A program made the translations under genes and the position numbers. Source: Toensbergia leucococca (lineage: Eukaryota). From it: a stretch of DNA of 57,225 nucleotides. The notes beneath the pieces were generated by a model. It searched no databases and was not told the origin of the DNA. It saw only the letters and a program-made list of their open reading frames with translations. The stretch spans positions 1-57,225 of the forward strand of contig JALDZS010000154.1 of the NCBI GenBank assembly GCA_022813965.1, in the 5' to 3' direction. Below are positions 36,163 through 48,324 of the stretch, piece by piece. Position 1 is the first letter of the stretch; the number at the start of each line of letters is the position of its first letter.

Positions 36163-37438
36163 TCATTTGGAGACGCATGAAGCGTCGTAGGCCGGCTGCG
36201 ACACTGGGTTGGTGACAGAGTAGCTGTACGAATCTGAAACGGCGTACTCATCACTTCCGCGGGTTTGACCGTAGTTGGTCGCGTACGAGGGTCCCCAGGT
36301 CTCGTTATATAGTGTGCAATATAAGCCCTGCGGGACGCCGTTGTCAGAGAGGACGTAGGCATTGAAGAAGACCTGAATGTGATTAGAGATGTATAGACGT
36401 GATGTATGACTGATACGAGGATTAATTTACTTACACAGGGTTCGTAGGAGCAATCCGCTGCGGGGGTTTGACTGTTGTATTGCGTCTGCGTTGTACAAGC
36501 ATCTGCACATGTCTGAGGTGTAAAGCCCTGGGTCTGACTGAATGGGAAGTACTGGTAGCCGATAAAGGTGTTGTAGCCATTAGTGTAAAGAGGAGCGTTG
36601 ATCGCGCCACCTAATTCAACAGGGCCATTGAAGCCTGAAATTCCAGGAGGTGGCGAGTTCTTATTATACGCTATTGAAAGAGCATTAGCAACCTTCAGCC
36701 TTCAATTCTAGATAAAAACATACCGTTGGAACCGGTAATGAGAACGTCAAAACCATCGTGATATTGTCCGGCATTGGTGGCCTCTTGCGAAGAAACGGGG
36801 GCACCCCATAGCGTACATTTGTAATTGATTGTGCTTGGCGGATTGGGGCAATTCTCGGCGTTTGGGTCAAGTGACGGGTCACGTTCAATATATATATTGA
36901 AAGCTTGACAACTAGATGCTTGATCGCAAAGAGATTGACATTGAGAAGTATCATACATGTTCAGCGTGTAAAGACCCATGTAGTTGGAGGCACTCAGGGA
37001 GTCTTGGAGATTGACGAAGACCTGTGCATATCCGTAAGGCGTCAGGGCATTGGTGGACATTGCCTAGGTCTCGTTGGAAATGGGCTTATTGGGCTGGCCT
37101 TGGGACTTTGAGGGACTCACCTGGAGTGTTGGATCGGCGAGGAATGCAGAAGGTGTGTCTGGACTTGGGACGGGTCCAGGGCCACTCGGTTGAGGATCGC
37201 AGGTTCCATCTCGCTTTTCAAGGTCTTGACTCCGCTTCCGTGTATCGGGATTATCAGTAGTGATGGGTGCGACCGAAGTGGTAGAGAGCAAAGTCGGAGT
37301 ATTCGAGGCCACGTCCACGGGAGCGGTTATGAATACAGGCGGTTTTGCGGCAGCGACACCGTCTAGATTAATGAGTTGTGGACTAGGAAGTGCTAGAACA
37401 AGGCCTAGGCAGGTAAGGGTAAAGAATGTAGAAAGCAT
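36163..37438 (-). CDS. Secreted Cys-rich protein with two PAN/apple-like modules (4 exons)
   Basis: Signal peptide MLSTFFTLTCLGLVLA, Kex2-type KR sites (TRKR, LEKR), CQSLCDQASSCQAFNIYIERDPS, and CADAC...C|VFFNAY...LYCTLY. Three GT-AG introns keep the frame. Confidence 0.8.
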
Positions 37439-39216
37439 GTTGAAATTAAGAAGCTTTGGAATATGCGAGGATTCGTCGACACTCTGATATAGTCTCAAGA
37501 CACGAAGGGTAGAATAGAAATGAGTAGCTTTTATAGCTGTTGATGGTAAACCTGATGGTCAACCACATGCACCCATTCTTAAGGTGCAGGCATGATAACC
37601 CACGTGTGGTGGAATGGGACCTCGGACCCCCATCGTCCAATATGCCAATAAGCCTCAGAGCGATTGGGGGCTCACTTAGAAGAGCTAAGAAAGGAAAGGT
37701 AGGAGGAAATGGATAGAGTGAGGAGAAAAGAAGCATGTTTTGGAAGTCGGTTCGACTTGGCTAGACGAGTAGGATGCAAGGTGAAGGAAGAAGGGTGCAG
37801 AACGGGTGATATGCAAGTCTGACATGGCACTAGGCTGAATAGAAGGATTGATGTCTTCCACTTCGAGCCTCCACCCCGCTACCGTCCCGTCTCCGCAATA
37901 TTGAGCCAGGGTCGCATTGCTGAAAGGGGAAGACGAGACTGACGAAGGGAAGGTTGTGCCGCGAGTGGCGCAAAAGAAGCGGAGATAGCGTTGAATAGAA
38001 TAGCAGAGCAAGTTTTATATCATGCTTTGCCTAAATCTCGGCCCATTTTTGGCTTCCAATTACAAACAACAACTGACTTTTTCAAGCGGAGATTTGTTGA
38101 TTCTTCAGCCTGGATCTCGAATCGACCTATCCGTACTCCCCTCCTACCCTCGCAATACAGGGGCCCGATAAGTGGCCCTGGTATCATATATACCAGACCT
38201 GATTTGAACTCAGTTCCTCCCGATCCTAACGATATACAGCTTTACCTTCACCTGTGAGTCCCCACAGTGGAAATACTCCATAGCTAGGGCGATAGAATCA
38301 TTGGTCTTAAACCAACCGTGAAAACGTACAAAGACTTGATCATAATAAGGGGATCTTCAGCTCTGCGTGTAGAAGTCTTCTTCAATGTATGAAACGTGGT
38401 CGAAGGGCCGCGAGTACCTTTGAAAGTTTGGCCATTGCTGATATCTCACTTTTATAGTCAATCTCGTAGCTCGAGCAGAGCTCTTTTGAGATTACTTTAA
38501 CAGCTCTATGATCTCCATGACGTTCTTCCTCAAGCACAACTTTACCAAAGCTTCCCGTGCCGAGCTCTTTGACCCTATCTCATCGTTTCTCCGCTCGAAT
38601 CTTTCTCTTACCACGTGCGATGTCTGATATGTATGACACGTGGAGGGTACGATCGGAATGAACTTCAGCATCTAGCTGAAAGTGATCGACCAAATCCGAA
38701 GAAAATTTCATTGATGCCAAGGTACTCCTGCAACGGGGACGAGCTATCAGCAGTAAGCCTGGTCCGAGAAAGCGACGTTATCAATGAATTTCTTGGAAAA
38801 CAGTCTTCCAGAAGTGATAGTAATACAATGCGTGACAGGGAGGATTGGATGAGGTGGCTCGGATAGGGTGGTGTAGGATGCGTGGACGAGAAGCTGAGGA
38901 GGTAAGGTACTGTCTGAGCTGTGTGGGACAAGTATACTATTCTAAGGCCTTTGGTTGCTCGCCAATAGAGTCACGGAACTTCCCTCGATCTGTTCTCCAA
39001 GTCCCACGGTGAGTCCACATTCGTTTGCTTGGCCCGATAACGAACCTATCTAAAAATGTGGCTATCCGTTATTGATACAAGCACGGTGATGACCATCGCG
39101 AACCTATCGATTGATTGCTGCTGGCTGTTCTTCACAGTTTTAGGAGCAGGTTGATACATTAGCATAGAGTTCTGTTTCAACAAAGTGCCTATCTTGTCCT
39201 TTTGATAGATGCTACT

Positions 39217-40830
39217 CTATAAACTGGCCTTCCCTCTCGGTTCAAAAGGCAGAAGTATAGTAAGTATCCCAGCAGCTATAAAGAGCGCACCGCTGACATA
39301 CACAGGAGCTGCTGTTTCAAGATTCGCATAGATTGCAATGATAGGAGCCATGATGCCGAAAATCCGGTTTGCTGTCGCAGTGAGAGCATTGCCCGTGCCT
39401 CGATCTTTTGTAGGAAATATTTCAGGGGTATACGCATAAAGAACAGCATACATGACATTTGCCATAAAGTTGAAACCACAATTCCAACCTAAGAGAGCAT
39501 TAGAAGTAAGAGCAGTTGTGGACGCATATAAGAATACGCCCGTTAGTACCGTCGAAACTGCCAATGCACCCTTTCGACCAAAACGAGGAACCTGCACCAG
39601 CACACCACCTATCAACGCCCCAGGAACGCCAAGGACCGAGATAATCAACTCGTTCCGGTAAGTCAAATACGTTGAGCCGTCTCCAAAATCTGCACCACGC
39701 GTTGCCTGGATGTAGGGGAGAAATGCATTGTACAAGGGAAAGGCGAGGCCGATGAAAGCCCAAATCAACATGATCAAGGACGTTGACCATGCCAGCTTTC
39801 GAGATGCGAACAGCGCTCTCACATGTGTAAAGTTCAGCTTTTCGAGTCTTCGTTGCAAAGCGGCGCTGGCGTCTGTGCCTTGCTGTCCTTCCTGATCATG
39901 AGCCTGCAAATCTGCGAGGACGAGAGATGACGTTTTGCCGTTTCTTCTAGCCAGCTCGTGTACAATACGCACAGCTTCGTCGTCCTTACCTTTACCCATA
40001 AGATATTTTGGCGATTCGTAGAGTGTAAAGACAAAAAAGCGTAGAATGAACATGATCATTGATATTCCACCCATACAGATCATAAAGTATCTCCAGCCCA
40101 TATTTTCTGACCGCGTACAAGTTGTCGCTGTCTCTGAACAGGTAAAGTCTCCTAAAAGTGGCCAAGCAATGAGCGTCGCCACCAGTTGTGCAAATGCCCA
40201 AAAGATTGATAGCACGGTAAGAAGGTATTGGTGGGTTCCTGGCAAGAATTCCAAGAAAATGGCCGAGTCCACCGGGAGATTTCCTCCTACACCAACCGAC
40301 CACAAAGCAGCAAATACTCCAATAGCAGCAAAATTAGGCGAAGCAGCCGAAATGAGACCAAACACGGCGGTGATAGCAATGGTAAGATTGAAAGCCCATC
40401 GTCTGCCGAAAACATCGCAGCCAAACCCCCAAAAGATAGCGCCTGCGAGGAGACCAATGTTCTGGGATAGAGAGAGCAGAGGCGGCATCGAAGGCTTGAA
40501 TTCGTTGGCGATGGGGGTGAAGATTAACGAAGTGACAACCGGCCAGAGGTTATCGCTAGCCCATCCGAAGCCAACAACAACGAATAATTGCCACTGATAG
40601 CGGCCCATTCCAATTTCTTGGACAGCATTGTTCAATACTTGAGCCTTTGCTTCGTAGACGGGATCCATTGTGCCTTTGGGTAAAGCCAGGATAGTGGTGT
40701 CAGCAGTGGAACTAGGAGTGTAGGACTCATTGTGCTGATCCTTGATATCGTCCATTTCCAAGGGCTGGTATTTATGCTCAGATGATGTGAACGAGCTTCT
40801 GTAGAGATGTTGAATGATGTGAACGAGCAT
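39217..40830 (-). CDS. MFS transporter (sugar-porter / SV2-like), intronless
   Basis: IGMGRYQWQLF, GCDVFGRRWAFN, GVGGNLPVD, MGWRY, ESPKYL, PEIFPTKDRGTG. Confidence 0.93.
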   Translation of the reverse strand: MLVHIIQHLYRSSFTSSEHKYQPLEMDDIKDQHNESYTPSSTADTTILALPKGTMDPVYEAKAQVLNNAVQEIGMGRYQWQLFVVVGFGWASDNLWPVVTSLIFTPIANEFKPSMPPLLSLSQNIGLLAGAIFWGFGCDVFGRRWAFNLTIAITAVFGLISAASPNFAAIGVFAALWSVGVGGNLPVDSAIFLEFLPGTHQYLLTVLSIFWAFAQLVATLIAWPLLGDFTCSETATTCTRSENMGWRYFMICMGGISMIMFILRFFVFTLYESPKYLMGKGKDDEAVRIVHELARRNGKTSSLVLADLQAHDQEGQQGTDASAALQRRLEKLNFTHVRALFASRKLAWSTSLIMLIWAFIGLAFPLYNAFLPYIQATRGADFGDGSTYLTYRNELIISVLGVPGALIGGVLVQVPRFGRKGALAVSTVLTGVFLYASTTALTSNALLGWNCGFNFMANVMYAVLYAYTPEIFPTKDRGTGNALTATANRIFGIMAPIIAIYANLETAAPVYVSGALFIAAGILTILLPFEPRGKASL

Positions 40831-41335
40831 GGCGGAGAGCAGGGAGGTGCGATATTTATATCTTAGTGAAGTATGTTATCTCATTAGGTTCCAGGTGACA
40901 TTGAGAAATTAATTGGTTGGATTGCGCCATCCAGGTCGAAATCCACGAGGCTGGCAGGGTGGGAAGGTGGTGTGTCTGGGTGTAGATCAAGCTGCCGGTC
41001 GATAAGAAATGTAGAACTAAGGCAAGGGAAGTACCTGAACGGCAAAAAGGTACTTGATGTTGTATCAGGCAGTGTGGGATGGTGGGGGTAGGTAGAATCC
41101 GAGACGAGTAGTACGAGTGGTGGGAGTGGTGGAGGGAGTTAGCTGTTAGGTACCTTAGTCCTTTATGTAAGCAGGTGCGGGGTCATCGCTAAATACCTCA
41201 CCTGATTGGCCAGCTTCGTCGCGGGGATTTAGCTTGTAGAATACCTCAGCCCTACCATAGAATGCCTCATGTACCTATCCGCACTTCTACCTCTACCTAC
41301 ATGTTCAATCTTCGTCTTGACTATGTATTACAACA

Positions 41336-42112
41336 ATGTCATTCCCGCTGTCATTCGAACGCTCGCCTCTGGGGCATCATGACCACAATCACGAACATTC
41401 CCACGGACACGGTCACGATGGAAATGGCCACGATGACCACGACCACGGCACTGGAGAATCCAATTTAGGAGAGCCTACCGACCTCCTATGGAAGCGCATT
41501 AACTTTGAAAATATCATCACCCTTAACGAAAGCGAGACAGATTCGGGAGCCCTCATCGTTGAGAAGCCTTGGGGACAACGCCTGTCCGTTGATCCTGTGC
41601 TCATGAGCTCCACTGATGAGCAGCTGCTCATGTATATTCCGTATGTCGTTGCTTCACCTTCCAACCTGCACCTCAATCGTAGTCGCTGACACATTAGTGC
41701 TTACAGCTTCACTGGCTCAGCTAAACTGCATTCCATCCTCATTCGAGCCGCCGCTGACAGTCAGGCTCCAAAGACCATGAATCTCTACCAGAATAAGGAG
41801 AACCTCGATTTCTCCTCAGCCATGGACCTTCAGCCTACCCAAACCATTGTCTGTTCCCAGACGAACGAGGTCCAGGAGCTTCCTCTAAAAAGAGCCGTCT
41901 TCGGCAACACCTGGGGTCTTACAATACTGTTCGCAGATAACTATGGCGATGACCTTACCCAGATTTACTATCTTGGATTCAAAGGAACATTTATGGAGTT
42001 AAACAGAGAACCAGTGGAAGTTCTTTACGAGAAAGCTGCCAATCCGAAAGACCATACTCCGATCGTTGGTATAGGAGATAGAGCTACTCAGGGCTCGCAC
42101 CATGGAATGTGA
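41336..42112 (+). CDS. PITH-domain protein (PITHD1-like) with a His-rich N-terminus
   Basis: SSTDEQLLMYIP|FTGSAKLHSILIR, IYYLGFKG, YEKAANPKDH. Intron 41641-41707. Confidence 0.9.
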
Positions 42113-42432
42113 GACTGGACTAGGGCATGGTTGTATGATCTTCCGATTACGCGCTGGCATGTTGGTGGAGAAGTCCAATACACGGATGAATTAAGCTATG
42201 GGTATGAGCGGAGCGAGGGAAGCAATGGTTTCACGATGACTATGCATTGCAGGCGCTTGAAAATAGATGTTCCCAGCTTATACCCAGGTTTCATTAGAAT
42301 TATATATGATATCGTCTATTGACTCGAGAGGACGCGTCGTGAAGTCATTTGACAACTCACAATGATCCATGAACAACGCCGTCGCTATGCCAAAAACAAG
42401 CGAGTACTGGAATGACTCAACCAACCCAGGCA

Positions 42433-43150
42433 TCACGCCAACATAGGCTCAGCAGCTTGCGTCGACGGTTGAGCTTGCGCCCTTGCCCTCGCTCGCTCCT
42501 TTTGCCGGACTAATTGTGACTCCCTTTCTTCCCTGACCCCAAGTTGAGTCCTAGGCACATTCGGCAATCTGACAGGCTCTTCCTCCGGCTCACGTATGCC
42601 CGTAACCTCCATTGCCATAGCCTCCAACTCGTCCTCTACCTCATCCTCGTCCTGATTTGACATAGACCCCCCCAGCATCTCACTCACCTCTCTCTGATAC
42701 GCCCTCGCATCCTCACTCTCCCCCATCAATTTCTCGATCCGCTCTAAACCCCCCATCTCTGCGTTTATCTGCTTTAACACACTCGTGCCCTGCTGCAACC
42801 CGAACATGACATCTTTCTGCACAAGCGCAAACTCGACGCTGGAGGTCAGGTTCTCGAGAGTGGCAAGCTGGGCATCTGTGCGGGAGAGTAGTGTCTCTTG
42901 GTATTTCTTGCGACGGAGCGCGAGAAGTGCTTTCGATTTGTCGCCGCGAGCTAGACAGTCTCGAGCTATGGCGGTTTCGCGGTCGGTGATGACGGTGATA
43001 CGCTTTTGGTACTGGTGTAGTTTGTCGCGCTGGATCTTCATTTCGAGGATGGCTCTGGATGGGGGTTGGTAAGTGGAGCGGGGATTGGGAGGAGCAAGAG
43101 AGGTACCTGTCCTGCGCGGTAATCTTGTGCGAGCTCGGGGTATTTCCCAT
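42433..43150 (-). CDS. VPS20: ESCRT-III subunit Vps20 / CHMP6 (2 exons)
   Basis: Myristoylation-type start MGNTPSSHKITAQDR|AILEMKIQRDKLHQYQKRI...ALLALRRKKYQE (Snf7 family). Confidence 0.93.
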
Positions 43151-43378
43151 AGTGACATGATCGAGATGCTTCAAGTGATGTTTGCTATTTGTGTGACGGT
43201 AAGAATGGCAGTCAAATATATAGAACACGGGGCTCGAGGGTTGTGCATTTCTATATCACGTGCTCGTACGTAGGGCTGCAATCGATAAGCAAGCGATCTT
43301 GGAAATTTCTGACACAAAGCACAAGTTTGATCTGTCTCTCACCATCTTTCCCCAGTGGATCGGAGATTAATCACAGCA

Positions 43379-45724
43379 ATGCCACCCCGCTTCCGTAATG
43401 GTAGGACCACGCTGGGTCATGGGTTGGATAAAGAGGTATCAGCTCTCGATTTTAGGGTCTTCTCAAGGCTTACATCTTAGGTCAATCAAGTCGTTCGAAA
43501 GCTCGTCGATGAGCAATCACAGTACATTGGAAGTCAAAAATCACGTCTCTCCGTTCACACGGTATACGAGAATATCAAGAGGTCGAATTCTACCTTGAAT
43601 CGAAAAAGTAAGAAGCTGCTGGAGGATAGCATTGAGAGGGTGCTGGACACACTGAACGAGTCGGACAGTGATGATGAGATTGGCTCGCTCGATGGAGACT
43701 TTGATGGAATTGAAGAAGATGGAAGGACTCTGCAAGTATGTCCACCCAATACATTGAAGCTGTCTTTCTACTTTGCCTCATAATCCTCAGACATTCTTGT
43801 CTAAGTTACTGTTGGAAAGCTATAGATTTCAAATGACATGAACAAGAGCCTTGTAGGGATGTGGAACACAAACTCCTCTCGACTGAATGGAGCTCGGAAT
43901 CCATCAAATGAAGACCGAGACCGACTACCTGCACCCTCATCATCAAAAAAACGTCAGGGAAACGGAGAACCTTTACCAAAGAGACGGAAGCCTGCCGTAG
44001 AAGCTGATCGCTCTCCGCCCACACATATAAGCCTCGCGGATCTAGGAGGTGTTGACTCGGTAATCCAAGAGCTAGAAGATCTAATCGTTTTACCGCTGCT
44101 GCAACCTAATATATATACTACATCAATGATACAACCACCTCGAGGTATCTTGCTTCATGGGCCTCCCGGCTGCGGAAAGACCATGATTGCAAATGCCTTT
44201 GCTGCAGAATTAGGGGTGTCATTCATAGCGCTATCGGCCCCCTCGATCGTCTCTGGCATGTCTGGAGAATCGGAAAAAGCTTTGAGAGATCACTTCGAGG
44301 AGGCTAAGAAAATGGCGCCTTGTCTTGTCTTTATTGATGAAATTGATGCCATAACGCCAAAAAGAGAAAGTGCCCAGAGGGAAATGGAGAAGCGAATTGT
44401 CGCGCAATTACTTACTTGCATGGACGATCTGGCCTTGGAGAAAACTGGTGGAAAAGCTGTTATAGTTCTTGCAGCTACCAATAGACCTGATAGCCTGGAC
44501 CCGGCATTGCGAAGAGGTGGGCGGTTTGATAAGGAGATAAACCTGAGTGTACCGAGTGAGGCTGTTCGGGAGCAGATCTTGAGGGCCCTCACAAGGCAGA
44601 TGATTCTATCCAAGGATCTTGATTTTCGATATCTGGCCAAGCTCACCCCTGGATTTGTAGGTGCCGATTTAAGTGATCTGGTATCTACTGCTGGTTCTGC
44701 AGCGATCAAACGCTTTCTCGATACCCTCAAAACACAATCAAATGACATGGATATTGAAATTGATCATGCCATAGTTTCCCCCAAGGTCGTAGAGTTGCGA
44801 AAATTGATTAAGCGCGCAAAGGAACCTGCAGCTTACGGAGAAATAGACATATCCATCAGCTACGACGACTTTCTCGCTGCAATACCCAAAATCCAGCCAT
44901 CATCCAAACGAGAGGGATTTGCCACGATACCAGATACCACTTGGGCAGATATCGGGGCATTACGACCGGTTCGCGAGGAGCTATTGACAGCCATTGTCGA
45001 GCCAATCAGAAGTCCGGAGAAGTACGAGAGGGTTGGGATCACTGCTCCCACCGGTGTTCTTCTCTGGGGTCCTCCTGGGTGTGGCAAGACCTTACTTGCC
45101 AAAGCAGTGGCAAACGAATCGAGAGCCAACTTCATCAGTGTCAAAGGCCCTGAGCTTCTCAATAAATATGTTGGGGAGTCAGAAAGAGCTGTTCGACAAG
45201 TATTTGTTCGAGCCCGGTCATCCATACCGTGTGTCATTTTCTTTGACGAATTGGATGCCCTGGTACCTAAAAGAGATGATGCGCTCTCCGAGTCCTCCGC
45301 AAGAGTCGTCAATACATTACTCACGGAATTGGATGGTCTAAGTAATCGCAAGGGCATCTACGTGATTGCCGCTACCAATCGTCCAGATATCATTGACCCA
45401 GCAATGCTAAGGCCAGGTAGGCTGGAAACCCTTCTCTTCGTTGATCTACCAGAAGAAAACGAGAGGGTAGAGATTCTCCAGACGCTTAGCCGAAACCTAG
45501 CAATCCCTTTCACCGATGACATTGCTGCAGTGGCCAAAGATTGCGACAACTTTAGTGGAGCCGATTTGGAGAGCTTGCTCCGGAGGGCGGGCTACGCTGC
45601 CATCAAACGGAACGATGTGATCAAATTGGAAGACTTCCGTGCTGCTCGATCGACGGTTCGGCCGAGTGTTGGAGATCGAAGGAAGTATGATCGTTTGAAG
45701 ATATTGTGGGGTACTGGATATTGA
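43379..45724 (+). CDS. RIX7: Ribosome-biogenesis AAA ATPase Rix7 / NVL (3 exons)
   Basis: Two AAA modules (GPPGCGKT twice; DEIDA and DELDA), IVSGMSGESEK, AQREMEKRIVAQLLTCMD, IQPSSKREGFATIP. Introns 43436-43480 and 43736-43825. Confidence 0.95.
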
Positions 45725-46277
45725 TGCAGATTTCACCGCTTCGGCAGAATGCATGCTTTATGAGAGGCGCGCACATATCTTTCCAAACCGAACCAAGGCA
45801 AATTATCGCGATTGTCGTGCTTCCCCTGCATGAGTATCACCATTGTCCCCTATCTCCATAGCCCAACTCCGAGTCACGAGAGCAGAAAGTTCATGGGGCC
45901 GCGGTACTTTTGCCTTCTAAAATAGATGCGTGCGGCGACGTCTTTGGCCATCAGATCATTGCTCATACTGACAGTCAACATGGCCGTTCTTGATCCTGTC
46001 ACTCCGTCTTTGCATTCTCCATGCCGGTGATGCTTCCTATTTAAGTACTATATCACCGCCTGCCTCTTTTGTGGTCACCACCGGCCATTGTTGCGCTTAC
46101 AAGGCCATCCACCATGGAATTGAAAGTAACCCTCCACATGCATGGCTACCACAAGACAAATACATCGCGGTATCTTATAACTTCAGCTCGGCTTCAACAC
46201 CGCTTCTCTGTACACATTCGTGATAGAATTTGTCAAGACATTCGTTAGGATATTCTCCAATACTCTGCTCCATTAGC

Positions 46278-48324
46278 ATGCTCTCCTCACTCATCTTCAG
46301 TCTACTGGCAGCCTTGATTACTGCAGCTCCAACAGAGTCAGGCCTGAGATTTGATAAACGGGCTGGCTCTCTACCGACATTGACTCTACCCTATGGTACA
46401 TGGCAAGCTGCAAGCTTTGATGAGAATGGCCAAGTACGCATTGTTCTATCACTTGATCGCTTTCGTTGCTAATGAGATATGGTTACAGATCTACACCTTT
46501 AAGAACATAAGATTTGCGGCTCCTCCTGTAGGTGAACTACGTTGGGCTTTACCGGCCGAACCAGAGCACAATGCTACCCTTCAGGACGGCTCATATGGCC
46601 CAGTGTGTGTTCAAGCACCTTTGAAAGGTGTTGATCTGGTTGGACCTGGTGATGAGTCTGCAATTGGCGCTGCAGCCAACCAGCTTTTCGGTGGCCTCAC
46701 ATCGTTAAAACCTAGCCCTCCCTCTTCGGAAGGTATGACTAATCCAGACTTATACCCAAGGACGTCACTGACAAACATCAAGACTGTCTCTTCTTGGACA
46801 TATATGTCCCTGCCAAAGCTGTCAATGATCCGTCACTTCGCCTCCCAGTCGTACATTGGATCTATGGAGGGGCCTATATATTTGGGTCGAAAGACTCGAC
46901 TGAGCCCTTACTTTATTCTGGCATTGGGCTGATACAAGAGTCGGGAGGGAATGTGATATTCGTTGCAAGCAACTATAGGGTAGGTGCTTCTTTCCCATTC
47001 AATGAGTCCAAGCTCAAGGTATTCTCAGGTTGGAGCGTACGGCTTCTTGGCGGGTACTACAATGGAAAAGGAAGGTCATCCAAATGTCGGTCTCTACGAC
47101 CAGAGAGCAGCTTTTCAATGGATTCAAGATTATATTGACCTTTTGGGAGGTGACCCAAATCAAGTCAGCGCCTGGGGTGAATCGGCAGGTGCTGGGAGCA
47201 TCATGCACCACCTTGTCGCTTTTGGAGGAACCGAAGATCCGTTGTTCACCAAAGCGATTCTCCAGAGTCCGGCTTTCGAATTTCAATTTGATAGAAAGGG
47301 CTTGCTGGAACAGACCTTTCAGAACTTTAGTGCTTTAGCTGGATGCACAGGACAAGGGGTTGCATGCCTCCGAACTGCTAGTGCCGAGACCCTAGCTACG
47401 GCCAATACTGCATTATGTGAAGCAGCTCCTGACGGAACCTTTGCTGTAGGCCCGGCAGCGGATGGTGACATGATTCGCCAATTGGCGGTCCTGGAGTTTG
47501 CATCAGGTATGTTTGTTGCCAGTTTCGCTCAAGCCTCACAAACCCGCTGATTTTGTATAGGGCATTATTGGAATAAGCTTGACTCGATCATCATCTCGCA
47601 CGTCCTTCGTGAGCCTGACCTTTTTGTAGATGGACATATTCAGACAGATGCCGAGTTTAACTCTTTTGTCAATCTCGTCTTTCCACCATATGCTCAAGCT
47701 GCCGGTGTCAATGCCCTCATTGAACAGCAGTATCCTCCAGTCATGTCTGGCACGAATCACACCTACGCTACTGAAACCGACCGCGTAAAAGCTCTCGTTC
47801 AAGGCTCCTCCTTTGTCTGCAACGTTCGCTATCTCTCGGACGCTTACGCCGGGAAGAACTACAACCTCCAGTACTCCATCACTCCAGCGTATCATGCCAC
47901 GGATCTACTAGCCACATTCTACAACGTCAACCTCGATCTCACAGTCCGGAATCAGAGCATCTCTGTCCCTCTTATCCCTGGATTCGGCTCCTTTGCACAA
48001 ACGTATCAATCCTACTTGACCTCCCACGCTCGCAGCGGCGACCCGAACACCTACAGCCGTAAAAACAACCTCCCACCTGCCATCAATTGGCCTTTGGTAG
48101 GGAATTCCGGTGACGAGTTCACGGGCGTACTGAATGCGGGCGATTTGGGCTTTTCATTAATTTCGGATCCCGAGGATACCAAATCTGTGTGCGGGTTTTG
48201 GGAGCAGATTGCTAGTGCTGCGACGAATTTGGGAGGTTATGCTCCGCCGGATGCGGTGGTAGAGACGACTATTTTGCCGGTGGGGAACGATCCCAGTGCT
48301 AATTATTGTTCGATTAATTGCTAG
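46278..48324 (+). CDS. Secreted type-B carboxylesterase/lipase (5 exons)
   Basis: Signal peptide, FKNIRFAAPPVGELRW, SE|DCLFLD, WIYGGAY, GLYDQRAAFQW, nucleophile motif GESAG, and candidate catalytic His in YHATD. Confidence 0.93.

Noticed and set aside
44290..45549. Long antisense ORFs within RIX7 (similar ones in CRM1, RRN6 and the MFS genes)
   Set aside because: They are codon-bias shadows of conserved sense-strand genes and carry no motifs of their own.
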